Position numbers and translations under genes: made by a program. Positions 21,131-30,705 of a stretch of 64,000 bases of DNA are shown here, one piece after another. The stretch is from Candidatus Latescibacterota bacterium (lineage in GTDB: Bacteria > Latescibacterota > UBA2968 > UBA8231). The notes beneath the pieces are model-generated. The model worked only from the letters and a program-made list of their open reading frames with translations. It made no database searches and had not been told where the DNA came from. The stretch lies in NCBI GenBank assembly GCA_965197905.1, contig CBDAOB010000003.1, positions 224,001-288,000 on the forward strand. The letters are read 5' to 3'. How positions within the stretch are numbered: the first letter of the stretch is position 1; each line of letters starts with the position of its first letter.

Positions 21131-23041
21131 GTGCATTCCATCGAAACCGCAGACTCCTCCTTCGAGCTAGACGCCGGGCTCGCACAGTTCGGGTTCGACG
21201 ACTTCCGTGCCGGCCAGCGCGAAGCGATCGGCATCCTGCTGTCCGCCGGGCGGCTGCTGCTGGTGGCACCCACCGGCGGCGGCAAGAGCCTCACCTATCA
21301 GCTGCCGGCGGCCTTGCTGCCCGGTACGACACTGGTAGTTTCGCCGCTCATCGCATTGATGCACGATCAGGTGCTGGCGCTCGAACAACACGGCGTGCCC
21401 GCTACCTATCTGGCAGGCACGCTCGATGCCGATGAGATGCGACGTCGCGTGGGGGAAGCATCGCGGGGAGCTTACAAGCTTGTATACGTGGCGCCCGAGC
21501 GGCTCTCCTTCCCGGGCTTCCGCAATCTTGTCGGGCGAATCGACTGCCCGCTGGTGGCGGTGGACGAAGCCCACTGCATCAGTGAATGGGGTCACGATTT
21601 TCGCCCGGACTACATGCGGATCGGAGACCTGCTGGCCGACCTCCCCGAAGCGCGGGTGCTGGCATGCACCGCGACGGCGACACCGATCGTACGGGACGAG
21701 ATCATTGAAAGACTCGGCCTGCCGGCAGACACACCCCAACTGGTTCGAGGATTCGCGCGCCCCAACCTGGCGCTGCGGGCTAGGGACATCCAGGGAAAGG
21801 GCGACGCTACGAGTCACGTCGACAGCCTGCTGCGGGAATGTCTGGGCGCGCCGGGGGTTGGCCGAGGTACGGCGATCGCCTATAGCCCGACGCGGAAGCG
21901 GACGGAAGAAGAGGCGCAACGATTGGTGCAGGCCGGTTGGCGGGCACAGGCGTATCACGCCGGGATGGAAGGGGATGAACGCGACCGCGTGCAGACGGCG
22001 TTCGCCAATGGCGAGCTCGAAATCGTCGTCGCCACCAATGCGTTCGGCATGGGGATCGACCGCAGCGACGTCCGCTGCATCGCTCACCTGGCGCCGCCTA
22101 GCTCGGTAGAGGCCTACTACCAGGAAGCCGGCCGCGCCGGCCGCGACGGTGAGGATGCTGTATGCCTGTTGCTGGTGTCGCCGGGAGATATGGCGCTGCG
22201 TCGTCACCTCATCGAGAGCGACGACGGCGGCGTTCGCGACGAACAGATCGTGTCTCACAAGTGGAATATGTTCCTGGAGCTGATGCGATGGGCCGAAGGT
22301 GGAAGCTGTCGCCACGACGCGATCCTGCGGTATTTCGGCGACGAGGAAGAGACGCTGTCGGGATGTGGCAAGTGCGATGTCTGCACCGACATGCATGGCG
22401 ATCGGGATAACGAGGAAGAGGTCAGCACGATCGTGAGAAAGGCGCTGTGCGGTGTAGCCCGGGTGCACGGACGATTCGGAATTCAGTTGGCGGCGAAACT
22501 GCTGAAGGGCGTTGACGATGATCGACTGGATTGGTCGCAGCTCAACAAGACATCGACGTTCGGGACGCTGGCCGAGTACAGCGAAGACTGGCTGCTCAAA
22601 CTACTGCGACGATGTGTCACCGCGGGATGGGTCGACTTCAGCGGCGGGCAGCGTCCGGTGGTGGTGGTTACCGAGGAAGGCGAGGATGTGATCCACGAGC
22701 GGCGACCGGCACGTTTGCTCCTGCCGGTTCAACGGGCCCAGGTTCCGTCGACCGCACCGCGGCGCCGTCGCGGCGGCGGATCGAGGACCAAGGCGGAGGA
22801 TTCCGCGCTCGACGCCGAGGGGGTGAAGCTCTTCGAGGCGCTGCGCGCGTGGCGGCTGGCGACGGCACGAATCGAAAAAGTGCCGCCGTATGTCGTTGCC
22901 AGCGATCGCTCTCTTAGAGAGATTGCAGTCCTTCGTCCGCGCCCGCTAAGGGAGGACGAGCTGACGACTGCTCACGGGATCGGTCCGGCGAAGGCGGCCA
23001 AGTATGGACAGGCGATTATCGAGGTGCTCGGTGCACATTAA
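21131..23041 (+). CDS. recQ: ATP-dependent DNA helicase RecQ (helicase, RQC and HRDC domains)
   Basis: PTGGGKS, VDEAHCISEWGHDFRP, CTATA, ATNAFGMGID, YYQEAGRAGRDG, CGKCDVC, HRDC (PPYVVASD). Confidence 0.95.
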   Translation: MHSIETADSSFELDAGLAQFGFDDFRAGQREAIGILLSAGRLLLVAPTGGGKSLTYQLPAALLPGTTLVVSPLIALMHDQVLALEQHGVPATYLAGTLDADEMRRRVGEASRGAYKLVYVAPERLSFPGFRNLVGRIDCPLVAVDEAHCISEWGHDFRPDYMRIGDLLADLPEARVLACTATATPIVRDEIIERLGLPADTPQLVRGFARPNLALRARDIQGKGDATSHVDSLLRECLGAPGVGRGTAIAYSPTRKRTEEEAQRLVQAGWRAQAYHAGMEGDERDRVQTAFANGELEIVVATNAFGMGIDRSDVRCIAHLAPPSSVEAYYQEAGRAGRDGEDAVCLLLVSPGDMALRRHLIESDDGGVRDEQIVSHKWNMFLELMRWAEGGSCRHDAILRYFGDEEETLSGCGKCDVCTDMHGDRDNEEEVSTIVRKALCGVARVHGRFGIQLAAKLLKGVDDDRLDWSQLNKTSTFGTLAEYSEDWLLKLLRRCVTAGWVDFSGGQRPVVVVTEEGEDVIHERRPARLLLPVQRAQVPSTAPRRRRGGGSRTKAEDSALDAEGVKLFEALRAWRLATARIEKVPPYVVASDRSLREIAVLRPRPLREDELTTAHGIGPAKAAKYGQAIIEVLGAH

Positions 23042-23103
23042 CAGCAGCATTTTCCGTAAACTCGGTGTATGGCAAATGAAAAACCCAATCCAGTAGGGGA
23101 ACA

Positions 23104-24102
23104 ATGAACCACATAGATGCACAACAAGACGAGCTACTCCAGAGCGCCGCTCTTGCTGCAGATAAGGGCAACGTCGATGAGCTCGATCGCATTCTGGAAG
23201 AAGCTCCCCAAGTTCTGCAAGCGCGCGACTCCGAGGGCAAGACCTTGCTCATCCTGGCATGCCAGGCAGCTACCGGGAACCTAGCCCTGCCACCCGTGCC
23301 CGGACGACGCGAGCAACATGCCGCCGTTGACCGGATCCTGACTGCTGGCGCGGACCCCTCCATGAGTGACCACGGCGGCTTCGCCCCTCTCCATGCCGCC
23401 ACGATGACCGGCAATCTGGATCTCGCCCGGCGTCTGCTCGACGCAGGTGCTCCTCGAGAGGGTCGGCTGATGGGTGCCGAGGGAGGATCGCCACTCGCTC
23501 TTGCCCTGTTCTACGCCAAGAATGAGATGGCGCAGATGCTCGCCGATCCGCCCGTTCCCGACAATCTGCGAACCGCTACCGCGCTGGGTAGAAACCTCGA
23601 CCGTTTCGTCGACGGAGATCACCTCTCGCCGCAGGCGCCGGAGGGTGTGGACTTCTATCGCCTCCTCCCCATCTTTCCCGAATGGAACCGCACCAACAGC
23701 CGCCAGGAGCTTCTCGATGAGGCGCTAACGTGGTCGGCGCGCAACGACCAGTGCGAGTCGATGGCGATCCTCGTCGAGATGGGGGCCGACGTCAACGCGA
23801 ACCCGTACCGCGGCACGCCGCTTCTGTGGGCGGTGTACGACGACCGAGTCACGGCGGCTATCTGGTTGTTAGATCACGGTGCAGATCCCGATCTGCGTCA
23901 CGACTTCGGCGGCGCCGAGCACGGCAAGAGTGCGGTTGCGATGCACCTGGCCGCTCAGTTCGGTTCGCTCAAGTGCCTCCGGTTACTCCTCGACCGCGGG
24001 GCTGATCCCAGTATCAAGGATGCCGCATTCGGAGGCACACCACTGGGCTGGTCACAACACTCCGGCATGGAAACCTCCATTGCGATGCTGACTCGTCAGT
24101 AA
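23104..24102 (+). CDS. Ankyrin-repeat protein
   Basis: GFAPLHAA, GSPLALA, GTPLLWA, LLDRGADP, GTPLGW. Confidence 0.88.
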   Translation: MNHIDAQQDELLQSAALAADKGNVDELDRILEEAPQVLQARDSEGKTLLILACQAATGNLALPPVPGRREQHAAVDRILTAGADPSMSDHGGFAPLHAATMTGNLDLARRLLDAGAPREGRLMGAEGGSPLALALFYAKNEMAQMLADPPVPDNLRTATALGRNLDRFVDGDHLSPQAPEGVDFYRLLPIFPEWNRTNSRQELLDEALTWSARNDQCESMAILVEMGADVNANPYRGTPLLWAVYDDRVTAAIWLLDHGADPDLRHDFGGAEHGKSAVAMHLAAQFGSLKCLRLLLDRGADPSIKDAAFGGTPLGWSQHSGMETSIAMLTRQ

Positions 24103-24108
24103 GAGGAA

Positions 24109-24825
24109 ATGACCGACGACGAACGGGAATTCTTCCTGGAAAACGGCTACCTCCACGTCCGAAACGTGCTCGATAGCCCGCTGCTCTCCAGGATTCAGGA
24201 CGAGTTCGAGCAGATCTGGGCGGTTGAAGGCAGGTCGAACCAACTGGTGCTGCTCAAATACCGGACCTTCATTGACCTCATCGAGCACCCGCCGGTGCTC
24301 GAACGTCAGGCGGCCATCTTCGGGCGCCAGACACAGCTTCTGCAGTACGACTTTCTGCGGCAGGAACCCGGTTCGACCGCGGCGGAGCGCGCCTGGCATC
24401 GCGATTTCAGCTTTCCCGGAGAGCGGCCGCTGTCGATCAACACGATTGTTTATCTCGACCGCATGGATGAAGCCAGCGGGCCGACGTATGTCGTTCCGTG
24501 TTCGCATCGGGGCGTCGAGCTGCCGCCGGCCGAGGACAAGAACAAACCGCTGCCAGGCGAGGTGCCCGTCTACGCCGACGCCGGTGATGCCGTGTTTATC
24601 AACGGGGCGGTCTGGCATTCGGGTAGCCGCAATCAGTCGCAGGGTTTGCGTCGGGGTATCTACATGTACTACGGATACTGGTGGTTGAAGCGTTACGAAT
24701 CCGGCTTCACCCTGCCGACGGAATGTCTCGAGGGGGCGACAGAGGCGCGGCTGCGTTTGTTGGGATACAGAATGCCGGATCACGACGTGCATATGTACGA
24801 CCCGACGCGGCCGTTCGGTTGGTAA
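24109..24825 (+). CDS. Phytanoyl-CoA dioxygenase (PhyH) family Fe/2OG oxygenase
   Basis: FFLENGYL, WHRD, GPTYVVPCSH, AGDAVF, VWHSG. Confidence 0.88.
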   Translation: MTDDEREFFLENGYLHVRNVLDSPLLSRIQDEFEQIWAVEGRSNQLVLLKYRTFIDLIEHPPVLERQAAIFGRQTQLLQYDFLRQEPGSTAAERAWHRDFSFPGERPLSINTIVYLDRMDEASGPTYVVPCSHRGVELPPAEDKNKPLPGEVPVYADAGDAVFINGAVWHSGSRNQSQGLRRGIYMYYGYWWLKRYESGFTLPTECLEGATEARLRLLGYRMPDHDVHMYDPTRPFGW

Positions 24826-24888
24826 CCCACCTACAGAGACCGAGAAGATACGCCGCCTGAACTGGCGCCAGGCAGCGCTCGAGGACGG

Positions 24889-26208
24889 TTACGGGCCGTA
24901 GACCAGACCCGGAAGCCAGAGGGCGACCTGGGGATTCAGTAGGACGATCGCCAGTCCGACCAACTGCAGGATGATGAACGGCCAGAGCCCGGCGAAGATA
25001 TCCATCAGGCTGATATCGGGCGGGGCCACTCCCTTCAAGTAGAAAGCGGCCGGACCGAATGGCGGCGACAGGTAGGAGACCTGCATGTTCATACAAAAAA
25101 GCACCCCGAACCAAACCGGGTCGTACCCCAAGCTGACGATGACCGGCACGAAGATGGGCACGGTGAGGAGCAGGATGCCAACCCAGTCCATGAACAACCC
25201 CATGACGACGAGGATGCCCATCATGATTAGAATAACGCCGATCGGATCCATCTCGAGGCCCATGACGACGGACTTCACGAACATCGTCCCGCCCATCAGG
25301 TTGTAAACGCCGATCAACGCGGTGGCGCCGAAGGTCAGCCACAACAGCATGCCGCAGGTGTTCATCGTCTGCAGCGCCGATTCGCGCACCACCTTCCACT
25401 TGAGCTCCTTACGCACCAGGGCGGCGATTAACGTGCCGACGACGCCCATGCCGGCCGCCTCGCTGACGGAGGCGATGCCACCGTAGATGCTGCCCAGCAC
25501 CCACGCGGCCACGGTTAGCGGCAGGATGAGATCCTTGAACAGGGCGAGCTTCTGCACAAACGGTATCTGCCGTTCTTCCAGAGGGGCTGGTGGTCCCAAC
25601 ACCGGATTGATGCCGCAGCGCACCAGGATATAGCTGAGGTAGAGAGTTGCCAGCAGGAAGCCGGGGAGAATGGTGGCGACGAAGAGGTCGCCGATCGGCA
25701 CATTGGCGGTGAGGCCGTAGATGATGAGCACGATGCTGGGAGGGATCATCGTGCCCAGTGAGCCGCCCGCGCAAATCGTGCCTACAGCCAGGTTCTTGTT
25801 GTACCCCAGGCGCAGCATCTGAGGCAGGGCGATCATTCCGAGCAGGACGATCTCACCGCCGATGATACCGGTCATAGCGGCCATGATCATCGCCGCTATC
25901 AAGGTCTGCAGCGCCAGACCGCCGCGCAATCCACCCCCCCACACATGCATTGCCCGGTAGAGATCGCGGGCCACCCCGGTGCGCTCCATCAGCGACGCCA
26001 TCAAGATGAACATGGGCACGGCCACCAGCACGTATTCGCTCATGAAGCTGTAGACCCGGCTGCCGATCAGGCCGAGAACGACCGGACCGAATTTCCACAG
26101 ACCCACAGTGACGGCGACGGCGCCCGTTACGAAAGCCAGCGGCAAACCCATCACCAGCAGGATGGCGATGGCAAGAACGATGAGGAGGGTGAGGAGACCG
26201 ATATCCAC
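24889..26208 (-). CDS. dctM: TRAP transporter large permease
   Basis: AVPMFILM, GGSLGTMIPPS, LSPPFG, about 12 TM segments. Confidence 0.93.
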   Translation of the reverse strand: MDIGLLTLLIVLAIAILLVMGLPLAFVTGAVAVTVGLWKFGPVVLGLIGSRVYSFMSEYVLVAVPMFILMASLMERTGVARDLYRAMHVWGGGLRGGLALQTLIAAMIMAAMTGIIGGEIVLLGMIALPQMLRLGYNKNLAVGTICAGGSLGTMIPPSIVLIIYGLTANVPIGDLFVATILPGFLLATLYLSYILVRCGINPVLGPPAPLEERQIPFVQKLALFKDLILPLTVAAWVLGSIYGGIASVSEAAGMGVVGTLIAALVRKELKWKVVRESALQTMNTCGMLLWLTFGATALIGVYNLMGGTMFVKSVVMGLEMDPIGVILIMMGILVVMGLFMDWVGILLLTVPIFVPVIVSLGYDPVWFGVLFCMNMQVSYLSPPFGPAAFYLKGVAPPDISLMDIFAGLWPFIILQLVGLAIVLLNPQVALWLPGLVYGP

Positions 26209-26226
26209 TATCTAATCAGACCCGAG

Positions 26227-26742
26227 TTATTCGCTGCGCCGCAACGTTCGACCAAGTTGGACGGCTCCCTGAAGGACCATCAAAACGACGCCAACGACGA
26301 GGAGCGACTTGAGGGTGACGGGAAGGGGCAGGTCAGAGGCGGTACCGGTGCGTTCCATCACCGAGATCGACTTGCCGGCCTGCAGCGCGGCGCCGTACCC
26401 CAGCGCGGTCAGGAAATAGAGCGCGACGATGGCATTGATGACGTTGAGCCGATGGCGCGTGCGCGGTGACACCGAGTCGATGACCAGGGTGATGCGGATA
26501 TGGTCGCGCCGTTGAAGGGTGTAGGAGCCGGCGATGATGAAACAAGCGGCTGTGAGGAAGATGCTGACCTCGTGAACCCAGGTCGTGGGTGCATTGAAGA
26601 AATAACGCAACACGACCTCGTAAACGGTAAGGGCGACGGCGAGCAGAAAGGCGTAACTCGTCTTCTCGCCCAACGTGCGGGTGACGGCGTCGACCCAGCC
26701 GCTTGGCGCCGGGTCCATATCGGACTCGTTCGGGGCAGCCAT
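26227..26742 (-). CDS. dctQ: TRAP transporter small permease
   Basis: EVVLRYFFNAPTTW, HIRIT, 4 TM segments. Confidence 0.9.
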   Translation of the reverse strand: MAAPNESDMDPAPSGWVDAVTRTLGEKTSYAFLLAVALTVYEVVLRYFFNAPTTWVHEVSIFLTAACFIIAGSYTLQRRDHIRITLVIDSVSPRTRHRLNVINAIVALYFLTALGYGAALQAGKSISVMERTGTASDLPLPVTLKSLLVVGVVLMVLQGAVQLGRTLRRSE

Positions 26743-26781
26743 TGACGATCTAAGTGGTAAAAGGGTAACCCGCGCCTGCGC

Positions 26782-27834
26782 TTACTCGAGCAAACCCAGC
26801 TGCGCGAGGAAAGCCACGTGGGAATCGTAGATGCGTTGGGCCATCTCGCTGCGCATGGCGAAGGTTTTGAGGACGTCGGCGGCGATGACACGAAAACGGC
26901 GGCGCTCCGCTTTCGACCAGGTGACGAATTCAACGCCCTGTTCCTTGGCAACTTGAGCCGCGGCTGCATCCGCCAGCTCCATCTGCTGAATCATGTTGCG
27001 GGCGAAGTCGCGCACCGCTGCTTCGACAATGACCTTGAGGTCATCGGGCAGCTCCTGCCAGCGATCGGCGTTGACGGCGACATCTGCCATGGGCAGCGAA
27101 TGGAAGCCGGGGTAGATCTGGTAAGGTGCGATCTTGTGGTAACCCAGGTCGACGTTCATGCCAAGGGTGCCCCAGTCAGTGGCGTCGATGACCCCCCGGT
27201 CGAGGGAAGTGTAAACCTCGCTGCCGGGAATATTGACTGGAGCGGCGCCGATCCGGTTGAAAATCTCCTGATTGAGACCTTCGGGAATGCGCATCTTGAC
27301 GCCCTTGAGATCGGCGACCGAGCGCAGCGGTTTTTTCGAGGGGATCGATTCCATGCCGTGCCACACGGCGCCGATGTAGAAGACGTTGAAGCGCCCGTAG
27401 AGCTCGCGCGCCAGCTCCTTGCCGCCGCCGAACTCGAACCACATCTGCATCTGGTAGGCGGTCTCGTAGGCCCCGGGGAATTCCGACAGCATCGCAAAAC
27501 CTGGATCTTTGCCGGCGAAATACCCCGCACCGCTCTGCTGCCCGTCGAGTATGCCCGAACCAACCGCATCCAGGGTCTCGTTGTACGCCACCATGGTGCC
27601 GACCGGCACCGGCGTTATCTCGAGTCGGCCGGCGCTCAACACTGCGACGTCAGCACAGAACTCCTCGAATACCCGGTGATTTATCGAACCGGCCTGCCAC
27701 AGAGACTGCATCGTCCATTGGTACTTCTCAGCGGCAGCGCGATCGGCGCATACGGTCACCAGGATTGCAATACATCCAATTGCGAGTCCAGCGCTCGATC
27801 TCGGGTGGCTTTTACTCGACTTGCTGTTGCTCAT
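26782..27834 (-). CDS. dctP: TRAP substrate-binding protein
   Basis: Signal peptide, DLKGVKMR, EVYTSLDRGVIDA, WQELPDDLK. Confidence 0.92.
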   Translation of the reverse strand: MSNSKSSKSHPRSSAGLAIGCIAILVTVCADRAAAEKYQWTMQSLWQAGSINHRVFEEFCADVAVLSAGRLEITPVPVGTMVAYNETLDAVGSGILDGQQSGAGYFAGKDPGFAMLSEFPGAYETAYQMQMWFEFGGGKELARELYGRFNVFYIGAVWHGMESIPSKKPLRSVADLKGVKMRIPEGLNQEIFNRIGAAPVNIPGSEVYTSLDRGVIDATDWGTLGMNVDLGYHKIAPYQIYPGFHSLPMADVAVNADRWQELPDDLKVIVEAAVRDFARNMIQQMELADAAAAQVAKEQGVEFVTWSKAERRRFRVIAADVLKTFAMRSEMAQRIYDSHVAFLAQLGLLE

Positions 27835-27988
27835 CTGTGCAACTCCGTGCGTCTACTATGTGTGGGGGGGCGACGCCCGGGGGTCAACCGCGCCGCGAAC
27901 AGAATCAAGATAACCAACGTGTGGCTGAGTCCAAGTAGGCTATTCGAACGGGCCGTGCAGAAGTGTCGCCCGAACCGGTCTCATCGGC

Positions 27989-29233
27989 TCAGGCCTGTTT
28001 CAACGATCGAGCTACAACGAGGGCGACAGAGGCCACGACAATGATGAGCGAGCCGTTGATCGCCAACGCCCATTGCACGCCGATCAAGTCGCTCACAATC
28101 CCCAGCTCCAGGTGGCCGATCCAACCGAAACCGATTGCCAGTGTCCAGCCTCCCAACGCCCTGCCGCGCATCCCATCGGGTACGTTCGCCTGCAGCAGCC
28201 CCCACTGCAATGCGTCGAAGAGGGCGGCCATCATTCCCACCATCGCGATCACCATAATTGAAAGCGCGAACAGGCTTGATACGCCCAGGACCAATACGCC
28301 GGCGCCGTAGAGCGCGGCGACGCCGATCACCATCAACCCCTTGCGACGGTATTCGCTGAGACGGGCGAGGACCAGGGCGCCCACGAACGACCCGAACCCC
28401 GCCACTGAGGTCAGAGTGCCGAGGTCGGACTCGTCGAGCCCGAGCCTCTCTCTGGCGAGCACCGGCAGCACCGAGGCGTGAGAGAAACACAGCACTTCGA
28501 CCAACAGCGTCATGATGAGTAGCGACCGCACGGTGGGCAGGCTCGCCATGATTCGCAGCCCCTCTCTGGCATCGGCCAGCACGGATGGGCGTGCAGTCTC
28601 CTCGCTGGCGTGTCTTGGCGCTACGGGCACGCGCACCAGGACCGTAGCCGCGGACCCGTGCAGGACCGCCGCCGTCGCGAAGGCAATCGTCGGCCCGTAG
28701 ATCTCCAACAGGAAACCGCCGGCGAGCGCGCCGCAGGCACTTAGCGCGCGCACACCCACCGAGCATACTGCGATCCCGTTCATGGCGTCGACGGGCCCGA
28801 CCACATCGGGGATCAACGCCTGCGACGCGGGCAGTTCGAAGCTGTTTATGGCGCCGGCTAGGGCCAACAGGGCGATGACGGGCCACGCCGACTCGATGCC
28901 GCCGACCGCGACAAAGGCCAGGATAAGCGTAGTCAAACCCTTGGCGACGGCGGCTCCGGCCAGAACGTAACGTCGGTCGAGCCGGTCCGTGATGGCGCCG
29001 CCAAACGGGGCCACCAGCAAGCCGGGCGCAGTTCCCATGGTGAAGGAGATTGCCGTCAGCAGTGCGGAACCGGTCTGGTCGAACACGAACCAACCCACCG
29101 TCAGACGGGTTATCCAGTTGGCAAACCCGTTGACGACGACGCCCGACCAGAGCTGGCGGAAAGCCCGGTTGCGGAATGTTCGCAGCGAATGCCACAGGCG
29201 CGGTTCTGCCTCAGCGATGTAGTGGTCCGTCAC
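27989..29233 (-). CDS. MFS transporter (EntS/H+ antiporter-like)
   Basis: FRQLW, GGAITDRLDRR, PASQALIPDVV, QANVPDGMRGRA. Confidence 0.9.
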   Translation of the reverse strand: MTDHYIAEAEPRLWHSLRTFRNRAFRQLWSGVVVNGFANWITRLTVGWFVFDQTGSALLTAISFTMGTAPGLLVAPFGGAITDRLDRRYVLAGAAVAKGLTTLILAFVAVGGIESAWPVIALLALAGAINSFELPASQALIPDVVGPVDAMNGIAVCSVGVRALSACGALAGGFLLEIYGPTIAFATAAVLHGSAATVLVRVPVAPRHASEETARPSVLADAREGLRIMASLPTVRSLLIMTLLVEVLCFSHASVLPVLARERLGLDESDLGTLTSVAGFGSFVGALVLARLSEYRRKGLMVIGVAALYGAGVLVLGVSSLFALSIMVIAMVGMMAALFDALQWGLLQANVPDGMRGRALGGWTLAIGFGWIGHLELGIVSDLIGVQWALAINGSLIIVVASVALVVARSLKQA

Positions 29234-29302
29234 CCCGGGCTCGCTTCTACGGTTGTTGCCTGAGCGGGTGAGATACGTGTACGGTCGCTCCCATCCAGAC
29301 GA

Positions 29303-29947
29303 ATGGTTACTTTCGAAAATGTCATCTCGACTATGAGGCTTCGGGCCCGCGCTTGTGTGAGAACAGGTAAACCGACCTTGAGGGACTCGATCCAATCATC
29401 ATCCACGCTTCGACATTGGGTCCGGGTCTTCGGGCGTTGCTTCTGCATCGGCATCGCAGTTACATGTGCGGTCGCCCATGCGGAAGAGACCAAAGAATAC
29501 ACCTTTTCCCACAATCCGAGGAATCGCTCTCTCATTGCTATCGATCTTCACGCTACCTTCTCTGGCACCGGAGGCGATCTCAGGGCAGCGATTGTCGCCA
29601 ATGCACCGGGCTGCGACGATCCCATCATACCGTCTAACGGACAGACCGGAAACACCCTGGATATCGTCTGGCCGTCCGAATGTATTGACCCCGGCGAAAG
29701 CGTTGGGGTACGAATTTCCACCACCCGGGGGCCGACCCATCTGGCAGATTCCCACTGGACGTATCAGTTTGCGTCGGGCGAATCCGACAGCACGGCGATC
29801 GATCCGGAGAGGGACGTCACAGAAGCGCTAGTTGCAGATCTGGAAGAGGAGACGGAGTACTATTTTCTTTGGGTGCTGGTGGTGCTGTTGGTCATCGGTC
29901 TCGCCCTTTTCCTGCTCTGGCTCGCTCAGAAGGATTGGACACCTTAA
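29303..29947 (+). CDS. Hypothetical exported protein with C-terminal membrane anchor (start uncertain)
   Basis: Signal-like segment ending AHA-EET, acidic linker, TM YFLWVLVVLLVIGLALFLLWLA. Confidence 0.55.
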   Translation: MVTFENVISTMRLRARACVRTGKPTLRDSIQSSSTLRHWVRVFGRCFCIGIAVTCAVAHAEETKEYTFSHNPRNRSLIAIDLHATFSGTGGDLRAAIVANAPGCDDPIIPSNGQTGNTLDIVWPSECIDPGESVGVRISTTRGPTHLADSHWTYQFASGESDSTAIDPERDVTEALVADLEEETEYYFLWVLVVLLVIGLALFLLWLAQKDWTP

Positions 29948-29958
29948 GGAGGTCTATC

Positions 29959-30705
29959 TTGCGTATAGCAGCCATCTACGACATCCACGGAAATCTGCCG
30001 GCGCTCGAGGCGGTGTTGGAGGAGGTGGCGCAACTGTACCCTGATTCAATTGTGGTCGGAGGCGACGCCGTGTGGGGGCCGATGCCCCGCGAAACACTGA
30101 CGAAGCTGCACGAGGTCGATCTCCCCATGCAGTTCATACGCGGCAACGCTGATCGTGTGGTTGCCGAGCTCATGTCCGGTAAAGACATCAGTGAAGAGGT
30201 GCCGGAAAAGAATCGGAAGGTCGCGGCGTGGGTGGCGCAGCAACTCGAACCCGGTGATCAGGAGTTGCTGTTCAATTGGAACCGTACGGTGAAGCTGACG
30301 GCCAACGGACTCGGTGAGGTGCTGTTTTGCCATGCCACGCCACAGGATGACACCACCATATTCACACGATTGACGGCAGAAGATCGATTGCGGCCCCTAT
30401 TCGACAAGGTCGGCGCCGGGCTCGTGGTCTGTGGTCACACCCACATGTAGACCGACCGCATGGTGGGGGAGGTGAGGGTGGTGACAGCCGGCAGTGTCGG
30501 GAGCCATCATGGCGACAGAGGTGCCTACTGGGTATTGATAGACGCGGATGTCCAGTTCAAGTGCACGCTCTACGATTTCGAGGATGCGGCCATACGGGTT
30601 CGCGCAACCACCTACCCAAAGGCCGAGGAGTTTGCCGAGGGCAGTATCCTGCGGCCGCAATCGGAGGAAGAGACCCTCAAGATTTTTGGTCCCGTTTCGC
30701 TATGA
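29959..30705 (+). pseudogene. YfcE-like metallophosphoesterase interrupted by an in-frame TAG at 30448-30450
   Basis: TTG after AGGAGG. Motifs DIHGN, GGD, RGNAD, CHAT, CGHTHM*TDRMVG...AGSVG all in one frame. Confidence 0.8.

Noticed and set aside
30448..30450. Pyrrolysine recoding
   Set aside because: No pyl genes in the window, and a single C-to-T change explains the codon
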